Made by a program: the position numbers and the translations under genes. 56,309 nt of DNA from Bacteroidota bacterium (GTDB taxonomy: Bacteria > Bacteroidota > Bacteroidia > Bacteroidales > UBA12077): the NCBI GenBank assembly GCA_020049295.1, contig JAIFLC010000018.1:1-56309 (forward strand), written 5' to 3'. A model generated the notes under the pieces. That model saw only the letters and a program-made list of their open reading frames with translations, was not told where the DNA came from and ran no database searches. This document shows positions 22,505 to 29,957 of this stretch, piece by piece (positions within the stretch are counted from its first letter, which is position 1; every line of letters begins with the position of its first letter).

Positions 22505-23542
22505 TTAATAGATTGCTAAGTATTTATTCCCCTTTTCGCAAACACTACCAATAACAGAAGTACTACCATAACCTGATTCAGAAAGTTCTCTGATCATATC
22601 CTTAACATTATTTTCAGCGCAGCAGATTAGTAATCCTCCAGAAGTTTGAGCATCGAGTAAAAGCATTTTATGATTGTGGCTTAACGATTTTTCAAAAGTG
22701 CAATCATTCTCTACATACTCAAGGTTTCGGAAGCAAGCACCAGGAATACAACCGAGCTCAATTAGTTCCAACGAACCATTAAAAGCAGGAACATGTGTTG
22801 AATTTATTTTCAATGTAGCATTACTTCCCATCGCCAATTTAAGAGCATGTCCCAATAATCCAAATCCGGTAATGTCTGTTGCACATTTTATCCCATATTT
22901 TTGCATTATTCTTCCACCTTCTTTGTTAAGCTGTTTCATGCCTTCCAATATCGGCTGGTACTTGTCTGCACCAATTTCACCAATTCTTTTTCCAGCCATT
23001 ATTATGCCAGCACCAATTGGTTTTGTAAGCACAAGAATGTCTCCCGGTTTTGCTGCGGCATTTGTTATTATTTTATCCGGATGAATCCAACCTGTTACTG
23101 CTAATCCATATTTTGGAATATCGTCAACGATGGTATGGCCGCCCATCATAATTCCGCCTGCTTCTATTACTTTTTCTATTCCCCCTCTTAAAATTTCCTT
23201 TAAAACATCAAGAGGAACTTTGGCTGGAAAAGCGACAATATTCAAAGCTGTCAATACTTCACCACCCATTGCATACACATCGCTCAAGGCATTGGCTGCT
23301 GCAATCTGGCCAAACTCATATGGATCAGAACATACTGGTGGGAAAAAGTCTGTAGTCTGTATTAAGGCATATTCATCATTGATTTTATAAACACCCGCAT
23401 CATCGTGCGTTTCTATATCAACAAGTAAATTCTTATGGGGAGTTTTTGGCAATTCGGCTAAAGCAGCACTAAGATCGTTGGCAGAAAGTTTAGCTGAACA
23501 TCCTCCATATTCAACTGTGCTTAAAAGATCGTATGGTTTCAT
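22505..23542 (-). CDS. selD: selenide, water dikinase (selenophosphate synthetase), Cys form
   Basis: 345 aa with an N-terminal GGCSAKL (Cys/Lys active-site loop) and PurM-like fold blocks (DDAGV, TTDFF, GGHT). Confidence 0.92.
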   Translation of the reverse strand: MKPYDLLSTVEYGGCSAKLSANDLSAALAELPKTPHKNLLVDIETHDDAGVYKINDEYALIQTTDFFPPVCSDPYEFGQIAAANALSDVYAMGGEVLTALNIVAFPAKVPLDVLKEILRGGIEKVIEAGGIMMGGHTIVDDIPKYGLAVTGWIHPDKIITNAAAKPGDILVLTKPIGAGIIMAGKRIGEIGADKYQPILEGMKQLNKEGGRIMQKYGIKCATDITGFGLLGHALKLAMGSNATLKINSTHVPAFNGSLELIELGCIPGACFRNLEYVENDCTFEKSLSHNHKMLLLDAQTSGGLLICCAENNVKDMIRELSESGYGSTSVIGSVCEKGNKYLAIY

Positions 23543-23769
23543 TTGTAAACTTTTTCGTGTAAATAAAATGTGATGTTGTTCTTATTTAGTATTGATGATA
23601 CAATCTGTTCATCAAATAAAGCTGGATTTATCCTGATAGACATTCCACAATCGGATGATATTTCCTTTGGAGTTGGAATAATATCGAATTTTATACCCAA
23701 CCCGGTAAGTAGTTTTTCTGACTTCAATGCATGATGTGTCGATTCAAAAATCAGGATAAAATATTTCAT
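23539..23769 (-). CDS. DUF3343-type putative Se/S carrier-like small protein
   Basis: 76 aa, FESTHHALKSEKLL...IPTPKEISSDCGMSIRI. It overlaps the selD start by 4 nt. Confidence 0.7.
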   Translation of the reverse strand: MKYFILIFESTHHALKSEKLLTGLGIKFDIIPTPKEISSDCGMSIRINPALFDEQIVSSILNKNNITFYLHEKVYK

Positions 23770-23795
23770 AATATAAAATGATTCAATTTTGTTAA

Positions 23796-23856
23796 TGGAC
23801 TAAAGTCCAATTATGGCTTATTCTTTAACCCGAGCCTTAAGGCTGGGGTTATTAAC
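23796..23856. repeat. intergenic palindromic repeat, family B copy 2
   Basis: TGGACTAAAGTCCAAT plus CCCGAGCCTTAAGGCTGGGG, homologous to 17083-17146. It lies inside the selenium operon, between yedF and DUF3343. Confidence 0.7.
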
Positions 23857-23886
23857 TACATAATCTTTTAGGGCTTTAGCCCTCTC

Positions 23887-24428
23887 TTATGAATAGATTA
23901 CTTTTGATGCTTTGCTCAACGTTTCAAGAATAACGTACATATTTGAAACTATTCCTACACCTAATTCTTCTTTCTTTTTATAATAATCCAGACAGGTACC
24001 ACATACCAGTATTTCAATTCCCATCTGTTCAAGTTTCTTTAATGTATCAATTACCGGCGAATCTTTTAATTAATAAACGCTTTTGCCAGAATTGTTCCTA
24101 GCTCGTCTGATCCTTCGCCCAGTTTATTTTTTTGAAAAGAAACTACGTAATCTGACAATTTTTCAGAATCAATTGTGCAAAAGTCTTCGACATTTACATT
24201 TTCTAACACTTCTCCTGTTTTATTTACAAAAACATGATAGATGGAATCTTTCTTTTCTGTTGATGGTTTCATTCCCATCTCTTCTATATAACGAATCACA
24301 TTTTTTACCGATGTTTCATTATCCATCAATACTTCTAATGATTCATTTTCTTTTAATTCGCCCAATGCTTTTTTTGTCATGATTAAAGGAACAGGGCATA
24401 ATTTGCCTTTGGCATCAATAGTTTTCAT
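23887..24428 (-). pseudogene. yedF: long-form selenium-metabolism protein YedF (TusA-like N-domain plus DsrE-like C-domain), interrupted by a stop and frame change
   Basis: The N-terminal ORF (24066-24428) has the TusA CPxP motif (KGKLCPVPLIMT) and ends ...GTILAKAFIN-TAA. A different frame continues as DSPVIDTLKKLEQMGIEILVCGTCLDYY...NMYVILETLSKASKVIYS to the stop at 23887-23889. That frame has no start codon of its own. Confidence 0.6.
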
Positions 24429-25564
24429 CGTATCTTTTTTATCTTATCAATAGTATAATTAATTTCTTCTTCCGTAGTAAAGCAACTCAAACTAAAACGA
24501 ACCGCTCCGTGCGGAAATGTCCCAATCGTTTTATGTGCTAATGGTGAGCAATGCAAACCGGCTCTTGTCATAATACCATATTCTTTATCAAGAATAAACG
24601 CAACATCACTCGGCATGCTGTTTTTAATATTTAATGATATTATTGGAATTCTTACTTCTCCTAAATCAGGACCGTAAAGTATAATGTTATCAATTTCCTT
24701 TAGTTTACTTAAAAAATAATCAGTTAACTGGATTTGTTTTTTTAGGATGTTATCCATTCCTTGATCTAGAATATATTGTACTCCAGCTTTTAGTCCGATA
24801 ATTCCTGCTGTATTTAATGTTCCAGCTTCTAGACTGTCGGGGTAAAATAGGGGATGGGTTTCTATTTCTGATTTGCTTCCTGTGCCTCCATGTAAAAGGG
24901 ATTCGATTTGAATATCATTTTTAATGCACAAACCTCCAATTCCAGTTGGCCCATATAGTTCTTTATGCCCTGTAAATGCAAGTATATCAATATTATCATT
25001 CTGCAGATCAATCGGGAGAATTCCTGCACTTTGCGAAGCATCCACCATGTACAATATGTTCTTTGATTTGCAGATTTCTCCAATCTGCTTGATAGGCTGA
25101 ATGGTTCCTGTAACATTCGATCCATGTATTGTTACTACTAGCTTTGTATTTGATTTGAAACTGTTTTTTAGAGTTTCTGGATTTATATATCCTTCTCTGT
25201 CACAATCAATAATTGACAATTCAATGATTCCATTCTGTTCCAGATGTCGCAAAGGTCTTATAACAGAATTATGCTCCATGTGACTGATAATAACATGGTC
25301 GCCCTTTTTTAATAACCCGAAAAGTGCAGTATTTATAGCCTGTGTTGCATTAGCAGTGAAGATAACTCTGTCAGAAGAAGGCGCATTAAATAATGAGGCT
25401 AATAATTCTCGTGTTTCAAATACTTCCTTGGCTGCTTTTACAGAAAAATGATGACCCGACCTGCCCGGACTGGCTCCAAAGTCGGTCATGTAGCTTGTAA
25501 TTGCTTCAATTACATTTGGTGGCTTTGGCCACGATGTTGCTGAATTATCAAGATAGATGTTCAC
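24425..25564 (-). CDS. class-V aminotransferase-fold cysteine desulfurase / selenocysteine lyase-like protein
   Basis: 379 aa with NifS/CsdA-like blocks (YLDNSATSWPKP, HMEHNS, FTGHKELYGPTGIGGL, RAGLHCSP). It overlaps both neighbours. Confidence 0.85.
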   Translation of the reverse strand: MNIYLDNSATSWPKPPNVIEAITSYMTDFGASPGRSGHHFSVKAAKEVFETRELLASLFNAPSSDRVIFTANATQAINTALFGLLKKGDHVIISHMEHNSVIRPLRHLEQNGIIELSIIDCDREGYINPETLKNSFKSNTKLVVTIHGSNVTGTIQPIKQIGEICKSKNILYMVDASQSAGILPIDLQNDNIDILAFTGHKELYGPTGIGGLCIKNDIQIESLLHGGTGSKSEIETHPLFYPDSLEAGTLNTAGIIGLKAGVQYILDQGMDNILKKQIQLTDYFLSKLKEIDNIILYGPDLGEVRIPIISLNIKNSMPSDVAFILDKEYGIMTRAGLHCSPLAHKTIGTFPHGAVRFSLSCFTTEEEINYTIDKIKKIR

Positions 25565-28500
25565 CTATTCGTTTTTTTCCTGTTTGTGTTATAAAAAATT
25601 TCGTAGTATCAACACCTGCTCCGCGCTGAACGGTAATTATTTTCTCGTTCTCAAACATATCTGTTAATAGTGCTCTGAACTTCTTTGTCCCTCCGATTGT
25701 ATCCTTAAATTCATCAAATGTAAATCCATCATTTCTTGTAGAGAGTTTTTTTAATAACTCGATCCTTAACTTGCTGAGAATACCTGCATGAACAAAGTCA
25801 TTCTGGAAAAACTGTATTTTATCAACACTGGCCAGATATGAAAGATACATTTTAATCTTATTCTTAGGAATCTTATTATTTACAGCTTTTTCTTCAATTT
25901 CAGTAAGCACAGGCTTTTCGGTATCGTACCTTTTAATCTCATTCTCAAGCCAATCAATTTCTTTCTTTGTCTGGTTATCAAGTACTGGCTTATGGCCTGT
26001 AATTATCCAGCTAGTTTTGTATTTTTCAACCAACTTGTTTGTCTGCATTTTTTGCAGCAGTAACTCTATGTAAAGTTTTTCTATTTTTGATTTCGAAAAT
26101 CCGAACTTGCCAGTTATTTCATTCGCCTCAAGTCCGTTAGGGAATATTTTATTTTTTTCATGATGTTCTTTCAAAATATTCAGCAGCTTTTCCTGAAACG
26201 AATTGTCATTACTTGTACTAATTAAAATAAGGGATTCAGATGTTTTGTACACGACAAAGCCACAACAGCCTGTGCTTATTTCGGTTTGCAATTCATTAAC
26301 AGGGATATTCAACTTATTGCTTATTTCCTCAATACCAAAAGGTTTGAATTCTTTTTTCAACTCAGCATTTATCATTTCTTTAATGCTTTGCGAACTCATA
26401 ATATTCGAGGAGAGCTGCGTTAAGCCATCGATTAATTTTGATGTTCTTCTTCTATGATGCAATGGTGCCGCATCCATTACAAATCCGCCACCCAGTGTTA
26501 AATCACCGGATGAGTTTCGGATTATAAACTTATCTTTATTTACCAATACACCCGGTTTTTTCAGGTGAATTTGTACAATAGCCTCCTCTTTGGGTTGAAG
26601 GGTGCTCTTATTTATCAAATGCATTCTGGCGGGGCATTCGAAGGTGCCGGTATGGAATGTAATATTCGACCAAAGCGGAAGCGCCTTTTTGATATCGAAA
26701 AGCGAAACCTGTGCATCAATCATTCTTGTTGAGTCCAATGGTTTATTGGAGATGATCATACCTCTCTCAAAATCCTCATTATTTAGTCCAATAAGATTAA
26801 TTGCAGCTCTGTCACCCGCAACTACCAATTCTACTGGTTTACTATGTCGTTCAATGGAGCGAATTCTTAATTTTTCGTTATTTTCGGGAAGCAGGAAAAC
26901 CTCATCTTTTGTTTGTATCGATCCACCAAGAACCGATCCGGTTAACACACTGCCAAATCCTTTAACACTGAAGATTCGATCGATATACATTCTAAACAGG
27001 CTGCTGTTTTCTTTTTCATCAACTTCTGTTATGATTTTTTCAATTGCTTGAATTAAATCATTCTTGCCTGCTTCTGTTATTGCCGAAACGCCAATAATGG
27101 GTGCATCCATTATTGATGTTTTTTTGAGATATTCTGTAATCTCCGATTTTGCCATTTCAGTCAACTCATCTTCTACCAAATCGATTTTCGTAAGTGCAAC
27201 AATACCTTTTTTTATTCCTAATGCCGATATAATATTAATATGTTCAATGGTTTGCGGCATAATTCCGCTATCGGCAGCAATAACAAGCAAAACAAAATCA
27301 ATTCCGCAAGCACCACTAACCATTGTATTTATAAAATCCTTATGACCGGGAACATCAATAATACCTATTGATTCTCCATTGGGCAGATTTAAATAAGAGA
27401 AACCAAGATTAATTGTAATTCCGCGTTTTTTTTCTTCTTTGTGGGTATCACAATCAATATTTGTTAACATTTTTATCAGGGATGTTTTGCCATTGTGAAT
27501 TTCACAAATAATCTGTGCAATTTCTTCCTGCTCATTTTCGAAAATGGTTAACACATCAAAGTAGATATTTCCTTTACTCAATACTCCCAATATAGGTTTA
27601 TGATGCATCAATAATGATTGATACATATTCTCGGCATATTCAGAACGAATTTTATTTGATGATTCATTTTTTATCAATACAGCAAAACTGTCGATTTCTT
27701 TGTCAGGTAATGTTCCTCCGCCACACTGTCCCTTTGTTGATATAATCTCAGTTTTTATCCCATTCTTATTCAGGTAATTTGCAATAAAAGATGCCGTATT
27801 TTTAAGCTCCTCAGGTTTTCGGTTGAATGTTTTGAAAATGATATTTTTTTTGTAAAGTTCTTCGTCATTTAGATAATAGATACAAGCAGTTTCGAGCAAA
27901 GCAAATGTTGTTTTACAAACTCTGAGCGCCCGCATCATAGGTTCTTTTTTTAGTTTATCGATTAGAAGTTTCTTTCCTGCAATAATTCCTGCTTGCGGAC
28001 CACCCAGCAATTTATCTCCACTAAAGCAAACCAAATCGGCTCCTTTTTCAATTGATTCTCTTACTGTTGGTTCATTTTCGAATGCTGAATGGTTAATTTT
28101 TCTTAATAACCCCGAACCCAGATCGTACAATACTGGTATTTTATATTGTTTTCCTATTGCCGACAATTCATCTAGCCCAACCTCTTTAGTAAATCCCGAT
28201 ATTACATAATTCGATTTGTGTGCCTTAAAAAGAATAGCCGTTTTTTTGCTAATTGCTTTTCTGTAATCATCAGGTTTTGTTTTGTTTGTAGCACCCACCT
28301 CTACCATTTTGCAATCCGAGGCGGCCATTATTTCTGGTATTCTGAACGAACCTCCGATCTCTATTAATTCGCCTCTCGAAACAATTACTTCTTTCCCTTT
28401 AGCAAAAGTTCTTAATGTAAGCATTACAGCAGCAGCATTATTGTTAACAATAAGTACATCCTCGGCTCCTGTAAGAAACTTGATTAATTCTGACGCATGA

Positions 28501-28889
28501 TTGTTTCTGTTTCCTCTGGTAGCTTTTGCTAAGTCAAATTCAAGATTATTATAACCCTTTAGGATTTCAATAGAATCAGTAATTAAATCTGAACCATAGG
28601 GAGCTCTTCCCAGATTTGTATGAATTATTACACCTGTAGCATTATAAACTTTTTTAAGACTTCGTCCTCCGAATAGGTTTATTAATGAATTGATTTTCCC
28701 AACTATTTCTTCTGAAGTAGGCGGTAAATCTCCTCTGCTAATTTTAGTTCTGAAAAAATCTAAGGTACTACGAATAGAATAGATGACTAACTCTTTCCCA
28801 TGGCTGGAAATAAGCAATTTAACTTCAGGTGACGACAGAAGTTTATCAACGGCTGGAAGGCTTTTAAAATCCTCCTTTTTTGATTTCAT
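25548..28889 (-). CDS. selA-selB: fusion of L-seryl-tRNA(Sec) selenium transferase (SelA) and the Sec-specific elongation factor (SelB)
   Basis: 1113 aa with no internal stop. Residues 1 to about 455 are SelA-like (NATGVIIHTNLGRAP, PLP-lysine motif FSGDKLLGGPQAG). From about 460 onward it is SelB-like (NGKTSLIKMLT, RGITINLGF, DVPGHKDF, LTKIDL) with a long C-terminal region consistent with SECIS-binding winged helices. Confidence 0.88.
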   Translation of the reverse strand: MKSKKEDFKSLPAVDKLLSSPEVKLLISSHGKELVIYSIRSTLDFFRTKISRGDLPPTSEEIVGKINSLINLFGGRSLKKVYNATGVIIHTNLGRAPYGSDLITDSIEILKGYNNLEFDLAKATRGNRNNHASELIKFLTGAEDVLIVNNNAAAVMLTLRTFAKGKEVIVSRGELIEIGGSFRIPEIMAASDCKMVEVGATNKTKPDDYRKAISKKTAILFKAHKSNYVISGFTKEVGLDELSAIGKQYKIPVLYDLGSGLLRKINHSAFENEPTVRESIEKGADLVCFSGDKLLGGPQAGIIAGKKLLIDKLKKEPMMRALRVCKTTFALLETACIYYLNDEELYKKNIIFKTFNRKPEELKNTASFIANYLNKNGIKTEIISTKGQCGGGTLPDKEIDSFAVLIKNESSNKIRSEYAENMYQSLLMHHKPILGVLSKGNIYFDVLTIFENEQEEIAQIICEIHNGKTSLIKMLTNIDCDTHKEEKKRGITINLGFSYLNLPNGESIGIIDVPGHKDFINTMVSGACGIDFVLLVIAADSGIMPQTIEHINIISALGIKKGIVALTKIDLVEDELTEMAKSEITEYLKKTSIMDAPIIGVSAITEAGKNDLIQAIEKIITEVDEKENSSLFRMYIDRIFSVKGFGSVLTGSVLGGSIQTKDEVFLLPENNEKLRIRSIERHSKPVELVVAGDRAAINLIGLNNEDFERGMIISNKPLDSTRMIDAQVSLFDIKKALPLWSNITFHTGTFECPARMHLINKSTLQPKEEAIVQIHLKKPGVLVNKDKFIIRNSSGDLTLGGGFVMDAAPLHHRRRTSKLIDGLTQLSSNIMSSQSIKEMINAELKKEFKPFGIEEISNKLNIPVNELQTEISTGCCGFVVYKTSESLILISTSNDNSFQEKLLNILKEHHEKNKIFPNGLEANEITGKFGFSKSKIEKLYIELLLQKMQTNKLVEKYKTSWIITGHKPVLDNQTKKEIDWLENEIKRYDTEKPVLTEIEEKAVNNKIPKNKIKMYLSYLASVDKIQFFQNDFVHAGILSKLRIELLKKLSTRNDGFTFDEFKDTIGGTKKFRALLTDMFENEKIITVQRGAGVDTTKFFITQTGKKRIGEHLS

Positions 28890-28925
28890 ATTCTGTAATT
28901 GCGGTTTTTCATAAAAAATTATTTG

Positions 28926-29017
28926 CAGAAAGGGCAGGAATCGAACCTGCCACAGCCGGTTTTATCCGTCTGCTACTGGTTTTGAAGACCAGGTGGAACA
29001 CCAGTTCCGTCCTTTCT
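28926..29017 (-). tRNA. selC: tRNA-Sec (anticodon UCA)
   Basis: Minus-strand sequence AGAAAGGACGGAACTGGTGTTCCACCTGGTCTTCAAAACCAGTAGCAGACGGATAAAACCGGCTGTGGCAGGTTCGATTCCTGCCCTTTCTG. It has a CTTCAAA anticodon loop (TCA), a 5-bp D-stem with a 4-nt loop, a long variable arm (CAGACGG/CCGGCTG) and a GCAGG-TTCGATT-CCTGC T-arm. CCA is not encoded. The exact ends are uncertain by 1-2 nt. Confidence 0.85.
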
Positions 29018-29044
29018 AATAAAACATTCTTCAATTTTATTGGA

Positions 29045-29052
29045 CAAAAATA
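29045..29052 (-). promoter_or_regulatory. candidate -7 box (TATTTTTG on the minus strand) for selC
   Basis: Exact TAnnTTTG match about 28 nt upstream of the tRNA-Sec 5' end. Confidence 0.3.
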
Positions 29053-29378
29053 GAATTTTGAATTCTTAAAACCTAAAAAAAGAACACCATAACCAAAAAC
29101 AAAGTACTTGACCATCTTTTTAATTGATTAATAAGAATTCAGTAATACAATATATAGAATTGTCTTATCTGTTTTTAGATTAATTATAAATACTAATCTG
29201 GCAGCTTCTTAAAACAAGGAATTTGTATATTTGTATACAGTAGTATATAATCATATAAAGATATATCAGATCAAAAAGATGACTTTTATCATGTATTTAA
29301 GTAATAAATGTCATGTTCTTGCATATTGGCTAGTTCTATATTTAGAACTGTGAGAAGGGTACTTATTCTTAATTCTGT

Positions 29379-29411
29379 TGTTAAAAAAATAACAGTGTTA
29401 AAATAATAACA
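29379..29411 (+). promoter_or_regulatory. tandem CRP/FNR-like palindromes upstream of the formate dehydrogenase operon
   Basis: TGTTA-AAAAAA-TAACA (29379-29394), then G, then TGTTA-AAATAA-TAACA (29396-29411). The same 33-bp architecture occurs at 44863-44895 and 53033-53065. Confidence 0.55.
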
Positions 29412-29522
29412 ATAGAAATATGAAAATTGCAGACTGCTCTGTAATTCATTAGATGAAGGTACTTTAGCTGGTATTTTTAATGTGTTTTAATGTATTAATT
29501 TAAACCAAAACTAAAATCAATT

Positions 29523-29936
29523 ATGGAAAGATTAATCGTATTATCAGTAAAATGTCCTCACTGTGGTACATCTTTAATGGATGAATCTCATAAAGTTAAC
29601 GGACATCCCGGTATTAAACTTAATGTTGAAAATGATCGAGAGCGTGGAGTTTTGTGGTTATGTCCTATTTACGACTGCTTTAAACATGATTGCAATATAA
29701 CCTTAAAAGAAAATGAACTTGTAAAGTTTTATTGTCCTCATTGCAATCAATCATTGCTTCGTGAAATTCCTTGCAAAATCTGCAATGCACCTGTAGTAGG
29801 TTTAAATATCAACGTTGGAGGAAAAGTTAACATTTGTTCACGTAAGGGGTGCACAAATCATTATGTGGTTTTCGAAGATATAAATGATGCATTGCAACTG
29901 TTATATGACAAACTTGACAATACAAATCAAAAATAA
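29523..29936 (+). CDS. Cys-rich zinc-ribbon protein of unknown function
   Basis: 137 aa with two CPHC motifs plus CKIC and other Cys pairs, arranged as two ribbon-like halves. First gene of the fdh operon. I do not recognise the family. Confidence 0.55.
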   Translation: MERLIVLSVKCPHCGTSLMDESHKVNGHPGIKLNVENDRERGVLWLCPIYDCFKHDCNITLKENELVKFYCPHCNQSLLREIPCKICNAPVVGLNINVGGKVNICSRKGCTNHYVVFEDINDALQLLYDKLDNTNQK

Positions 29937-29957
29937 TATATTATTAATTGGTTAACT

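Noticed and set aside
22674-23390. Plus-strand ORFs (136, 67 and 86 aa) opposite selD, and similar ORFs opposite selA-selB (26203-28500).
   Set aside because: They are antisense shadows of well-supported genes, with hydrophobic low-complexity translations.
24040-24090. Programmed ribosomal frameshift as an explanation for the yedF frame break.
   Set aside because: The required shift is -1 at ATT-AAT-TAA-AAG. This is not an X-XXY-YYZ slippery heptamer, and I saw no stimulatory structure. In addition, about 20 expected residues appear to be missing. A deletion, pseudogene or sequencing error is more likely.
28909-29115. 68-aa minus-strand ORF upstream of selA-selB.
   Set aside because: It is almost entirely covered by the tRNA-Sec gene and its promoter region.
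29116-29522. A Moco riboswitch or other structured leader upstream of the fdh operon, and a 10-codon mini-ORF at 29420-29452 (MKIADCSVIH).
   Set aside because: The region is very AT-rich and I could not find the GC-rich conserved helices of the Moco RNA motif. The mini-ORF has no supporting features. Neither can be excluded without a covariance-model scan.
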